A DNA stretch of 64,000 bases from Polyangia bacterium (GTDB lineage: Bacteria > Myxococcota_A > Polyangia > JAHFDS01 > DATFWX01): contig DATFWX010000142.1 of NCBI GenBank assembly GCA_035258845.1, positions 2,706 to 66,705 on the forward strand. Reading direction: 5' to 3'. Shown piece by piece: positions 21,234 to 31,094 of the stretch. A program made the translations under genes and the position numbers. Position 1 is the stretch's first letter. The number at the start of each line of letters is the position of its first letter. The notes under the pieces were generated by a model. That model searched no databases and was not told where the DNA came from. It worked only from the letters and a program-made list of their open reading frames with translations.

Positions 21234-23257
21234 TGATTGCCGCGACCTGTGCGCTGCTGGCCACGCACGTCGCGTTTCATCTGGTCGACAACCGGATGCT
21301 CATGCATGCGCGCGTGCGCGGCGGCCTCGGCATCGCGGCCGGTGCGCCCAGCTTCGCCAAATATGCTCGCTTCGGGCGCTCGCTGGCCGGCTGGACCCGC
21401 GGCGACACCGTCGACGGCAAGCGCGTGTCATGGGCAGGTGCGCAGGCGGTGCTCGAGGCGCCGCTGCACGGCGACGAGGGGCCGTTCGTGTTTTTGCACG
21501 TGCGCTCGGCTGGCAAGCAATCGCTGCGCATCACGCAAAGTGGCAAGAGCTCGCTGGCGGTGCCGCTGGTGCCGGGGTGGCAGACCGTCAAGGTGACCAT
21601 GCCGGCGGGCGCGCTGCACGCCGGCGAGAACGAGCTCCGGCTGATCTTTGGTGCGGGCGGCAAGAAAGCGGCTGCCATTGAATGGATTCAGGTTGGTGGT
21701 CAGGATCCGCCGGTCGACGCGGCGCCGCCGAGCGCCGGCGACGCCAGCGGGCTCACCCTGCCCATCGACGCCGTGCTCTATGTGCCGCCGCATGCTCTGT
21801 TCGAGGGCACTGGCGAGGGCGCACCCGGCTGCCGGCTGCACGTGCGCGTGGTGCCCGAGTCGGGCGCGCCGGTCGAAGGCGACGCGCCGCTCGATCTGGG
21901 CGCGCTGGCCGGTCGGGTGGTGCGGCTCGAGCTGTCGGGCTGCCCGCGCGCCTCGCGCGCCGCGCTCACCGTGCCCGGCGAAGCACGGCCGCCCAGCCGC
22001 GCGCCCGCGCCCACGAACGTGGTGGTGTGGCTGACCGACAACACGCGCGCCGATCGGATCAAGATCTACAATCCCAAAACCCGCGTCGAAACGCCGGTCC
22101 TGACCGAGCTGGCCAAGACCTCGACTGTGTTTCGCGCCTACTCGCAGGGCAGCGAGTCCCGGGTCTCGCACGCCTCGCTGTGGACCGCGCTGTATCCGGT
22201 CCGGCACGGCTTCATCCCGGCCGACGTCAAGCTCAAGCAGGAGTTTGTCACCATGGCCGAGGCCTTGCGCCCGTCGGGCCGCTGGATCGCGGGTGTGAGC
22301 GCCAACGGGTTCATCGACAAGTACTGGGGCTTCGAGCAGGGCTGGGACGCCTGGCACAACAACCTGCACCAGGGGGGCGGGCTGTCGGCCGGCGACGTGG
22401 TCAAGACCGCGCTCGACATGCTGCGGCCACGCATGGGCAAGCCATTCTACTTTTACGTGGGGACCATCGACGCCCACACGTCCTGGCGCGCGCACGAGCC
22501 CTGGATCGGAAAATACGACCGCGATCACGGGGCCTACCAGGGACCCTTCGTCAAGGCCTGCCTGGATCCGCAGCTCGAGCGGATCGTGACCGGCCAGCTC
22601 CCAATCACCGAACGCGACAAGCTGCGCATCAAAGCCATCTACGACTCCGACGTGTCGTACAACGACGCCCAGCTGGGCAAGTTCCTGGCCGAGCTGGCCC
22701 AGCTCGGCCACGCCGACGACACCATGGTGATCGTGACCAGCGACCACGGCGAGGAATTCTGGGAGCGCGGCAAGATCGGGCACGGCCAGTCGCTCAAGGA
22801 CGAGCTGGTGTGGGTACCGCTGGTCGTGCACTATCCGCCTCTGTTCCCGGCCCGCGTGATCGACGGCGCCGACCTGCTCGATGTCGTGCCCACGGTGCTC
22901 GACGCGTGGGGTGTCAAACCGCCGCCCGACTGGCAGGGTGAGTCGCTGCTGCCGGTGGCGCAGGGCGAGGGCGCCGACTACCCGCGGCCCTCGATCGCTT
23001 CGCAATACGAGCTCGCCCACGCCATGCGGCTGGGCTCCTACAAGGTCTGGGTGAGCGGCACCGGCGCGTCTCAGCTCTACGATATTGCAGCCGACCCGGG
23101 CGAGACCCGCGACATTCAGGCTGCGCACCCGCTGGCCCGGCGCTGGCTGACCGATGCGTTCAGTACCTTTCTCATTTTTCAGAAGCAGTGGCGCAAGGCG
23201 CGCTGGGGCGTGGCTTCCAACCACAAGCCGGCGCTGCCGCAAGATCTCGAGCGCTGA
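21234..23257 (+). CDS. Sulfatase-like hydrolase/transferase (alkaline-phosphatase superfamily) with N-terminal extracytoplasmic domain
   Basis: VVWLTDNTRADR...SQGSESRVSHASLWT...IVTSDHGEEFWERGKIGHGQS are sulfatase N-domain metal-site blocks. An N-terminal hydrophobic anchor precedes an approximately 250-aa extra domain. Confidence 0.75.
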
Positions 23258-23474
23258 CAGCGCATCTCGCTTTCGCCCCCGATGACGCGGCCCGGTGACT
23301 GCGATTCAGCGACTACAGCCTGACCACTCGACTAGCCATGGCCAGGCCCGCCCCGAGGTTTGCTAACTCCTCGCGAAGCATAGGTCTTTTGGCCCCAGCC
23401 CCACAGGCACAGAGCTTGCTGAGCACTGGGGATACCGAGAGAGCAGCCTGCTCTGATGAGGAGGATAACGGCCA

Positions 23475-25688
23475 ATGATTTCAACGTGGAACCGACTGGT
23501 CTGTGCCGCTTTCGCCGGGGGTCTGCTGACCCTTGCGTTCCCAGCCAGGGCGAACACCCCGCGTGCGATTGGCGCGCGGGTGTCGCAGCGCGGAATCGAC
23601 TTCATCTCCGAGCAGGTTCGGCGCCTGGTCCCCACTGAAAACACTCTGCCGGACTTCCAGAGCGTGCTCTACGACTGCCCGCTCACCGATAACGATCCGA
23701 CCCTGTACGTGACCAACGGCCACCTGACGCTGCACATGGACGCGGTCCAGCTCACGCCCATGTCCGGCACCCTGGACGGCTTCATCCAGCTCGACGCACA
23801 GGTGACTGCGGATGCCCGCATAACCAAACCGTACGCCTGCTTCGGCGAGGCCAACTGCCACATCACGGCGACCGCGCAGAATCTGATGATCCGGCCCTCC
23901 TTCGCGGTCCGCACGACCCAGGGCCAGGTCGACGTCGAGCTGACGCAGATCGACATCACGGTGGCACCGAATGACTTCAACGTCGACTCGAGCGGCTGCG
24001 CGCTGGGCGACTTCGCAGTCGGGATCCTCGATCTGTTCAAAGGCTGGATCCTCGACCACGTGAAGCCGCGCATCGAGGACATGGCGCGCCAGCAGATCCA
24101 GCCGCGGCTGACGGCCGCTCTGCAAAGCCTGACCGCGCAGAGCGGGCAGATGGCCGGCTTCAACTACACGGTTGGGCTGAGCAGCCTGCAGGTCGACCCA
24201 GCGGGCGTGACCGCGCTCGTCGACGCCGACGTGGCCTGGGGCGGTCCGGCCGCCGCCTGCATCCCGGACCGGCCTCCACCGGCCGCGGGCCCGGCCGGGC
24301 GGCCCGCGCTCAGCGGTCACGCCGACCAGCTCTCGATCGCGCTGGCGGGTGATCTGATGAACGACGCGCTCGACGCCGCCTGGCGTTCGGGCCGGCTGTG
24401 CCTGGGCAAGAAGGACATGACGGGCGCACTGGCAGGGGTGGTCGATCAGCTCCCGCTGTTGCTCGAGCTGCCAGCCGGCAGCACGGTCGACTTTTCGCTG
24501 CGCTCGGCGCTGCCGCCCACGGTCGACCTGCGCGCGGCTGCAGAAGGGCAGCCCGCCCACCTGACGGTCGCGCTGACCGGCATGACGTTTGCGCTCGACA
24601 TGGCCTATCCCGGCGGCGGGAGCGGCCATCTCGAGGTTGTGACCGACCTGTCCGCCAACGCTCATGTAGACATCGATCCGGCCACCAACGCGCTCGGGTT
24701 CGAGCTGCTCGACGTCAAGGTGGCGCGGCTCGACATCAGCGGGTCGCAGGGCACCATCTTGAAGTTCGACCCCGCGCGTGTGGAGCAGCTCATTCGCGAC
24801 CTGCTTCTGCCCAAGCTGGCCGAAGCCATGAGCAGCCTGCCGCTGACCTCCGCGGTGCTGCATGCGGACGCTTCTTCGGCGCTCGCGAACGTGTATCTCA
24901 TCGTCAACTCGATCGACGGCGATGACCGCTACGGCTACGTGTTCGCCGACTTTTTCGCGAAACCGGAGCAGGATGGGCAGCCCCCGCAGACCGGTTTCGC
25001 CGAGACGCCGCCACCGCTCACGCATCCGGGCCTGACCCGGTTCTTGTTCAGCGGCAGCGACGATAAGACCCCGACCCGCCTGCTGCGGTTTCGTACGCGC
25101 GTGGACGGTGGCGCGTGGAGCGAGCCCAGCTTCGCGCATGCAGCCTACGCCCCTGCCTCCGACGGCGCGCACCAGCTCGAGGTGATGGCGGTCGACCTCA
25201 ACGACAACCAGGACCCGACGCCAATCGGGCACAGCTTCGTGGTCGACGCGATACCACCGACCATCACGCTGACCAAACAGCCACCCGAGATCGTCCACAC
25301 GCGCACCGTGTTCGTGGCGTTCCAGGGCTCGGATGACCGCACGCCGCCCGACCAGCTGCGCTACCGCTGGAAGCTGCGCCAGCTCGACCAGGCGACCGGC
25401 CAGACCAAGACCCTGCGCGAGCAGGATTTCGTGGGCGGGACCGGAAGCTTTGACGTGGCAACCCCTGGCAACGGCCAGTACGTGCTCGAGGTCGCGGTGC
25501 AGGATCAGGCCGGCAACCAGTCGAGCGCCCAGGCCAAGTTCGTGGTGTTCGACGACAGCGGCTGCCAGGCGGCACCGCCCGGTGCGAAGGGGGCCGGGGC
25601 AGGGGGGACAGGTGCGGGCGTGCTGGTCCTGGCCGGGCTCGCAGCCGCCATCGCGACGGCCTGGGGGCGGCGTCGTGGGCGCCGCTAA
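23475..25688 (+). CDS. Large secreted protein with MYXO-CTERM-like C-terminal sorting tail
   Basis: Signal peptide MISTWNRLVCAAFAGGLLTLAFPARA. The C-terminus DDSGCQAAPPGAKGAGAGGTGAGVLVLAGLAAAIATAWGRRRGRR fits the MYXO-CTERM pattern (Cys, Gly-rich, TM helix, Arg cluster). RBS GAGGAGG upstream. Confidence 0.7.
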   Translation: MISTWNRLVCAAFAGGLLTLAFPARANTPRAIGARVSQRGIDFISEQVRRLVPTENTLPDFQSVLYDCPLTDNDPTLYVTNGHLTLHMDAVQLTPMSGTLDGFIQLDAQVTADARITKPYACFGEANCHITATAQNLMIRPSFAVRTTQGQVDVELTQIDITVAPNDFNVDSSGCALGDFAVGILDLFKGWILDHVKPRIEDMARQQIQPRLTAALQSLTAQSGQMAGFNYTVGLSSLQVDPAGVTALVDADVAWGGPAAACIPDRPPPAAGPAGRPALSGHADQLSIALAGDLMNDALDAAWRSGRLCLGKKDMTGALAGVVDQLPLLLELPAGSTVDFSLRSALPPTVDLRAAAEGQPAHLTVALTGMTFALDMAYPGGGSGHLEVVTDLSANAHVDIDPATNALGFELLDVKVARLDISGSQGTILKFDPARVEQLIRDLLLPKLAEAMSSLPLTSAVLHADASSALANVYLIVNSIDGDDRYGYVFADFFAKPEQDGQPPQTGFAETPPPLTHPGLTRFLFSGSDDKTPTRLLRFRTRVDGGAWSEPSFAHAAYAPASDGAHQLEVMAVDLNDNQDPTPIGHSFVVDAIPPTITLTKQPPEIVHTRTVFVAFQGSDDRTPPDQLRYRWKLRQLDQATGQTKTLREQDFVGGTGSFDVATPGNGQYVLEVAVQDQAGNQSSAQAKFVVFDDSGCQAAPPGAKGAGAGGTGAGVLVLAGLAAAIATAWGRRRGRR

Positions 25689-25710
25689 CCGGGCCTCGAT
25701 CGCGCGGGTG

Positions 25711-27057
25711 ATGGTGGCGGTGGCGGTGGTGCTGGCGGCACCCGACGTGCGCGCAACCAGCGAGGTCGGGAACCTCTTCGGCGGCCCGACCGAGGCGGGC
25801 GCGGGCTCGAGCTGGCTCAACCCGGCCGCGCTGACGCTCGCACACGGGACCAACGTCTGGGTCGAAGGCGGGTTGGTTTTCATCGGCGGCACCTACGACC
25901 GGGCGGGCCTCGATCCGGCGACCGGGCAGTCCTTCGCCCGCGCCGACCTTTCCGCGCGCAAGCCCGAGCTCGCGGCCGCCTTCTCCACCGACGCGGCCGA
26001 CCGCCGGCTGCGGCTGGCGCTCGGTTTCACGGTCCCGTTCGTCGACGGTGCGCGCTGGCCCGAGAAGATGACAACACCGACCGGCGGCTCGGTGCTGGGC
26101 CCGACCGTCTACCACGGCTACGACGCCACCTCGGCCAGCTTCTTCATCACGCCAACGGTCGCCTACGAGATCACGCCGCGGCTTCAGATCGGCGGCGGCA
26201 TCAACGTGATTGCCACCACCGTGGAGCTGCATTTCTACAAGGACTTTGGTGCCCAGCTGGACGCCATGCTGGGCCAGAACCTGTTTACGCCCGAGGATCC
26301 TCAGTTGGCGGCGCCGGCCACCCTCGAGGCCCGCGGCTGGAGCCTGGGCTTTGCGCTCGGCCTGACCATGACGCCCGTCGACGGCGTGCGCATTGGCGTC
26401 GACTACGTCAGCGCCTCCGACGCCGACCTGGACACGCATGTTGCGATCGGCGACGCGCCCGCGCTCACGCAGATCCGGCAGGAGCTGCGCTCCAAGATGC
26501 TCGATCTCGCGCTGCGCTCCACCGGCACCCTGAGCTGGCACATTCCCCAGACCGCGCATGCCGGGCTGTCGATCACGCCCCGCGCCAAGCTGCAGCTGGC
26601 CTTCGACTTTCAGTGGTCGGACGCCTCCAGCGCCAGCTTCGCGTATCTGCGCATGACCCAGCGCACCAGCAACCTCATCCCCGAGGCGGCGACGTCCGCG
26701 CAGGTGCGCACCGACGACTACCGCGTGGGCGGGCGCGTGGTCTACGGCTGGCGGCCCGAGCTTCGCACGGTCCTGCGCCTCCAGTACGACCGCGACGCGG
26801 TGCCCGAGCAGTACATGAAGCCAACCAACCTCGGCTTCGACATCTTCTCCGTGGGCCTGGGCGCCGAGTGGGCGCTGCGGACCAACCTGCGGCTGGTCGC
26901 CGACTACACGCACTTCTTCGTGTTCGATCGCGACGTGCAGACCAGTGCGTTTCGCCAGGGTCCCGACGTGGTCGACGCCTTCAATCTGCCGCCCACGACC
27001 GGCCATTACGGAGCCACTGCCAATCGGGTCGGGATGTCGCTGCGCTGGCAGTTGTAG
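25711..27057 (+). CDS. fadL: Outer-membrane long-chain fatty acid / hydrophobic compound transporter (OmpP1/FadL/TodX family)
   Basis: Signal MVAVAVVLAAPDVRA, N-terminal hatch with NPAAL motif (GSSWLNPAALTLAHG), beta-barrel alternating pattern, C-terminal aromatic residue. Confidence 0.7.
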   Translation: MVAVAVVLAAPDVRATSEVGNLFGGPTEAGAGSSWLNPAALTLAHGTNVWVEGGLVFIGGTYDRAGLDPATGQSFARADLSARKPELAAAFSTDAADRRLRLALGFTVPFVDGARWPEKMTTPTGGSVLGPTVYHGYDATSASFFITPTVAYEITPRLQIGGGINVIATTVELHFYKDFGAQLDAMLGQNLFTPEDPQLAAPATLEARGWSLGFALGLTMTPVDGVRIGVDYVSASDADLDTHVAIGDAPALTQIRQELRSKMLDLALRSTGTLSWHIPQTAHAGLSITPRAKLQLAFDFQWSDASSASFAYLRMTQRTSNLIPEAATSAQVRTDDYRVGGRVVYGWRPELRTVLRLQYDRDAVPEQYMKPTNLGFDIFSVGLGAEWALRTNLRLVADYTHFFVFDRDVQTSAFRQGPDVVDAFNLPPTTGHYGATANRVGMSLRWQL

Positions 27058-27081
27058 CTCGAATCATTCATAGGCGCGCGT

Positions 27082-27100
27082 GGCGGCGGGTCCTGCCGCC
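27082..27100 (+). terminator. Weak GC hairpin downstream of the fadL-like gene (GGCGGC-GGGTCCT-GCCGCC)
   Basis: Perfect 6-bp GC stem. Only two T after the stem, so intrinsic-terminator character is weak. Confidence 0.2.
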
Positions 27101-27175
27101 TTGCACTCCGCCGGCGCGCACTTTGGTTCAGTAGCCGCCCAGGCCGTACCTGGGCTATCCTAGCTTCCGAGGCCC

Positions 27176-28939
27176 ATGGCGGATACGGGCGACGTCACCG
27201 TCGACGAGGGCCGGCGGCGCGACGCCCCGACCGAAAGCCCAAAGCAGACGCCCGGTGTGCCCGCCGACCAGCCGGCACCTCAATCTGCGCCCGCAGATGC
27301 GAGCGACTCGAGCGAGGCCGTCACCGGTGCCGCTGCCGCCGCCTCGCACGCGGGCGCACAGCCAGTCACCTACCACTCGCCGCGCGAAGCGCTGCACGCC
27401 GAAGAGGTCACGCGCGCGCGCAACTTCATGCTGGTCATCATGGTTTTGTGCGTGGTGGCCAGCCTCATGTTGCCCCTGCTGGGCGGAGATCCGGTCCTCA
27501 AGGCGGTCTTTTTCGCGACCCTCGCGGGGGCGTTCGTTTCGTGCGGCGGGTTCTGGCTCTACATTCGCGACCCGGCGCGCTTTCTACCCGAGCGCGAGGC
27601 CGTGCCGGCAGTCTTCTGCACGGCGGCCGCGGTCATGGCCTGCCAGTATTTCGGCGTGCTGTCGGCGGCCGAGATGATCTTCATGATGGGCATTTACTAC
27701 TTCAGCCTGGGCTCGTCGCGGTTGGCGGCGCTTGTCATCTATCTTCTATGCGCGCTGCTGCAGGGTGCGGCACTTTTGCTGCAGACCTTCGACGTGCTGC
27801 CCGATCTCGGTCTGCTCCAGGCCAACGGCATGAACTTTTCCGAGCGGCTGGCCAGCATCGTGATGATCGAGACCCTGTTTCTGGCCGTGTACCTGTTCGC
27901 GCGCAAGAGCCGCGAGGCCGAGGTGGCGGCGGTCGAGGGACTGGAGGCCGCGCATCGTCAGATCGGCCAGCGCGAGGCGCTCTTGCAGGAAGCCAACCAG
28001 GCGCTCGAGCGTGCGCTCGAGGGCGGGTACCAGGGCCGCTGGACCGGCCAGCGGGTGGGCCCCTGGCAGCTCCAAGGCGTGATTGGTCGCGGAGCCATGG
28101 GCGAGGTGTACGAAGGCCAGCACACCGAGCGCACGCTGCCGGCGGCGGTCAAGCTGTTGCATCGGGAGGTGCAGGCCGAGGTCAAGCAGATGCGACGCTT
28201 CATGCGCGAAGCCCAGATGATGGCGCAGATCGACAGCCCGCACGTGGTCAAGGTGCACGACGTCAGCGACGGAACCGACGGCCGGCCGCCCTACATCGCC
28301 ATGGAGCTCTTGCATGGGCACAATCTGGCCTGGTACCTGCGGCGCCGACGGCGGTTGGCCCCGCGGCGGGTGGCGGACATGGTGTCGCAGGTGGCGCGTG
28401 CGCTCGACGAGGCGCGCAAGGCCAGCATCGTGCATCGGGACCTCAAGCCGCAGAATCTGTTTCTGTCCGATACCGGTGGCGCCGACGGCGAAAAGATCTG
28501 GAAGGTGCTCGACTTCGGGGTCTCGCGTCTGGGCGCGAGCGAGGGCACGCTGACCCGCGGGCACATCGTGGGCACGCCCGGCTACATGGCCCCCGAGCAG
28601 GCCAGCGGCCACGAGATCGACCATCGCACCGACGTATTTGCGCTGGCTGTCATCGCGTACCGGGCGCTCACCGGGCGGCCCGCCTTTGCGGGCGAAGATC
28701 TGCCCAAGATCGTGCACGACATCGTGTACGTGCAGCCCGCGCGACCGGGCGATCTGGTCCTGATCCCGGACGATGTCGAGCTGGTGCTCGCGATCGGGAT
28801 GGCCAAGCAGGCCGACGACCGGTTTGCGCGTGCGGTCGACTTCGCGGAAGCGCTGGCGTTGGCGGTCGAGGAGCAGTTGCCGCAGGGGCTGCGCGAGCGC
28901 GGCCAGGATGTGCTGGCCGGGCATCCGTGGGGCAAGTAA
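27176..28939 (+). CDS. Hanks-type Ser/Thr protein kinase with N-terminal polytopic membrane domain
   Basis: Kinase: GRGAMGEVYEG, AVKLL, HRDLKPQN, DFGVS, GTPGYMAPE. N-terminal 250 aa contain about 5 TM helices. The kinase domain is C-terminal, an unusual topology. Confidence 0.85.
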   Translation: MADTGDVTVDEGRRRDAPTESPKQTPGVPADQPAPQSAPADASDSSEAVTGAAAAASHAGAQPVTYHSPREALHAEEVTRARNFMLVIMVLCVVASLMLPLLGGDPVLKAVFFATLAGAFVSCGGFWLYIRDPARFLPEREAVPAVFCTAAAVMACQYFGVLSAAEMIFMMGIYYFSLGSSRLAALVIYLLCALLQGAALLLQTFDVLPDLGLLQANGMNFSERLASIVMIETLFLAVYLFARKSREAEVAAVEGLEAAHRQIGQREALLQEANQALERALEGGYQGRWTGQRVGPWQLQGVIGRGAMGEVYEGQHTERTLPAAVKLLHREVQAEVKQMRRFMREAQMMAQIDSPHVVKVHDVSDGTDGRPPYIAMELLHGHNLAWYLRRRRRLAPRRVADMVSQVARALDEARKASIVHRDLKPQNLFLSDTGGADGEKIWKVLDFGVSRLGASEGTLTRGHIVGTPGYMAPEQASGHEIDHRTDVFALAVIAYRALTGRPAFAGEDLPKIVHDIVYVQPARPGDLVLIPDDVELVLAIGMAKQADDRFARAVDFAEALALAVEEQLPQGLRERGQDVLAGHPWGK

Positions 28940-29271
28940 GTTACCTCCCATCAGTCGGTAGGCGCCGATGGATCGGCTTTGCGGGCCGCGCGGTCCCGCA
29001 CGCGGCTCGCCGCTGCCCGCTCTCGCTCGCCCCAGGCCTAACGGTGCGCGGAGCTGGTGTCTACTTAGTCGCCTCCGCTGGCCGGGGCGCTCCCGCTCCT
29101 GCCACATGAGGCCGTGCGATCCGCCGGATCTGTCAGTTGCGGATCGCGGACTCGCCGCTTAGCGGGGCCGACGCTGCCCGAGCCTCGCACTTCTTGCTGC
29201 AGGCTGCCATGACTTAGCAGACGTGCTCTGGCTTCCTTGCGCCCCCGGGCGTGCTGCCCGCCGACGCAAGG

Positions 29272-29781
29272 TTACTTGGCGGCGGCGTCGGGCAGCGGTC
29301 GGATGGCCGTCAGCTCGGAGGCCTCGGGCTCCAGCTCGGGCGAGACCTGGCTGTTCGCCGGCTCGATGATCTCGACCACATACTCGTCGTCGATCCAGAC
29401 CGCTTCCTCGCGCACGCTGGCTCGGCGCTCGCCCACGCGCCGCTCGCGCGCGAAAATGCGGTGATCGCGCTTGCCGACGCGCCGTTCGGCGCGCCGCCGC
29501 TCGCGGTCGAGGCGGTCGCGGATGCCCTCGAGCGTGCGCGGCATCGGGAGCAGGCGCGCGGCCCGGCTGGCGCAGCCATGGCACATGGGCTGCGAGCGCC
29601 CCAACAGCTCGGCCAGCCGCAACAGGTCGCGCCGCCGCTCGCCGCACACGATGCAGGCGGCACCCAGCCCCACCGGCCGCGCTTCAACCCATCGCAGGTA
29701 GCAGCCCCAGCAGCGGCCGCGCCGCAGCTCGCCCACGCGCGCGCCGCACATCTCGCATTCCGATTGGACGTTCTGCGCCAT
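29272..29781 (-). CDS. Cys-rich zinc-ribbon-like protein
   Basis: MAQNVQSECEMCGARVGELRRGRCWGCYLRW...CIVCGERRRD...CHGCASRA carries paired CxxC motifs. Arg-rich C-terminal half. Confidence 0.45.
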   Translation of the reverse strand: MAQNVQSECEMCGARVGELRRGRCWGCYLRWVEARPVGLGAACIVCGERRRDLLRLAELLGRSQPMCHGCASRAARLLPMPRTLEGIRDRLDRERRRAERRVGKRDHRIFARERRVGERRASVREEAVWIDDEYVVEIIEPANSQVSPELEPEASELTAIRPLPDAAAK

Positions 29782-29840
29782 GACGCGAGTAGAACCTGGC
29801 TCATGCATGGGTGCAAATTTTTTGGTATACCGGCCCCCAC

Positions 29841-31094
29841 ATGAGGGTGCGGGTGGACACGCTCGGCTGCCGGGTCAACCGCTACGACTCGGCGGCTCTG
29901 CGGGGCGAGCTGGCCGCCCGCGGCTGGGACGTGGTGGACGAGGGCGCGACCGGCTTCGACGTGTACGTGCTCAATTCCTGCACGGTTACGCAGGCCGCGG
30001 ACGCCGAGGCGCGCGGGCTGGTCGCGCGCGTGCGCAGGCAGGCGCCGGGCGCGCGGGTGGTGGTGACCGGTTGCTGGGCCGAGACCGCGGCCGAGAAGGT
30101 GACGCGCCTGCCCGTCGATCTGGTGGTCGGCAACACGGGCAAGCCCGAGCTGGCTGCACGCATCGATGCGCTGGTCGGGCGCGAGCCGGCGCCCGCCCCC
30201 GCCCCCGCCGACCCGGAGCCGTTTCCGGACGGCGGTGGCGCCACCCGCTTCTTCTTCAAGGTCCAGGAGGGCTGCGACGTACGCTGCAGCTTCTGCATCA
30301 TTCCGGATGCGCGCGGGCATGCGCGCTCGCTCGATCCCGAGCGCGTGGTCGAGACGGTGCGGCGGGCCGGCGAGCGCGGCTTTCGCGAGGTGATCCTGGC
30401 TGGCATTCATCTGGGCGCGTACGGACGCGATCAGCCTCACGCGCCCACGCTGGCCGGGCTCGTGCGGCGCGTGCTCCGCGAGACCCGGATCGAGCGGGTG
30501 CGTCTGGGCTCGCTCGAGCCCTGGGGTGTGCGGCCCGAGCTGCTGGCGCTTCTGCGCCACGAGCCCCGGTTTCTGCCCATGCTGCACCTCCCGCTGCAGT
30601 CGGGCAGCGAGCGCATTCTGCGCGCCATGCGCCGGCCCATCACGGCCGCGCGCTATCTTGCCGTCGTCGAGCAGGTCTTCGCGGCCCGGCCCGAGCTGGC
30701 GCTGTATCTCGACGTGCTGGTCGGCTTTCCGGGGGAAAGTGACGCCGACTTTGCAGCGACCGTGCGCTTTCTGGACCAATTCCCGTGGACCAAGCTGCAC
30801 GTGTTTCCCTATTCGGCCCGTCCCGGCACGCCCGCCGCCGCACTGCCCGATCAGGTTCCCCCGGCGCTCAAGAAAGAGCGCGTGCGCCTGCTGGTCGATG
30901 CCTCCGATGCGCGCTTTTGTGCACGCATGGCGGCGCGCGTGGGCTCGGACGACGAGGTGCTGGTGGAGCAGGACGCGAGCGGCCACACGCGCGATCATTT
31001 CCCGTGCCGGGTCGCGGGCGCGGCCCGCGGCGCCCTGGTCCGCGTGCACCTTGGCGGCCTGACTCCCGAGCGCACGCAGCTCCTGGCTTCATGA
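29841..31094 (+). CDS. MiaB-family radical-SAM methylthiotransferase (MtaB/RimO-like)
   Basis: UPF0004 N-domain: MRVRVDTLGCRVNRYDSAAL, VYVLNSCTVT. Radical-SAM CxxxCxxC: QEGCDVRCSFCIIP. C-terminal TRAM-like region. Confidence 0.8.
   Translation: MRVRVDTLGCRVNRYDSAALRGELAARGWDVVDEGATGFDVYVLNSCTVTQAADAEARGLVARVRRQAPGARVVVTGCWAETAAEKVTRLPVDLVVGNTGKPELAARIDALVGREPAPAPAPADPEPFPDGGGATRFFFKVQEGCDVRCSFCIIPDARGHARSLDPERVVETVRRAGERGFREVILAGIHLGAYGRDQPHAPTLAGLVRRVLRETRIERVRLGSLEPWGVRPELLALLRHEPRFLPMLHLPLQSGSERILRAMRRPITAARYLAVVEQVFAARPELALYLDVLVGFPGESDADFAATVRFLDQFPWTKLHVFPYSARPGTPAAALPDQVPPALKKERVRLLVDASDARFCARMAARVGSDDEVLVEQDASGHTRDHFPCRVAGAARGALVRVHLGGLTPERTQLLAS

Noticed and set aside
21428-23242. 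604-aa minus-strand ORF
   Set aside because: It runs antisense to the sulfatase-like gene, and its translation is low-complexity with no recognisable motif.
23481-25892. 803-aa minus-strand ORF
   Set aside because: Antisense to the MYXO-CTERM protein and fadL genes, which have signal peptides, RBS and domain logic. No motifs.
27746-29107. 453-aa minus-strand ORF
   Set aside because: It runs antisense to the Ser/Thr kinase gene, and its translation is low-complexity with no recognisable motif.
29310-31049. 579-aa minus-strand ORF
   Set aside because: It runs antisense to the MiaB-family gene, and its translation is low-complexity with no recognisable motif.
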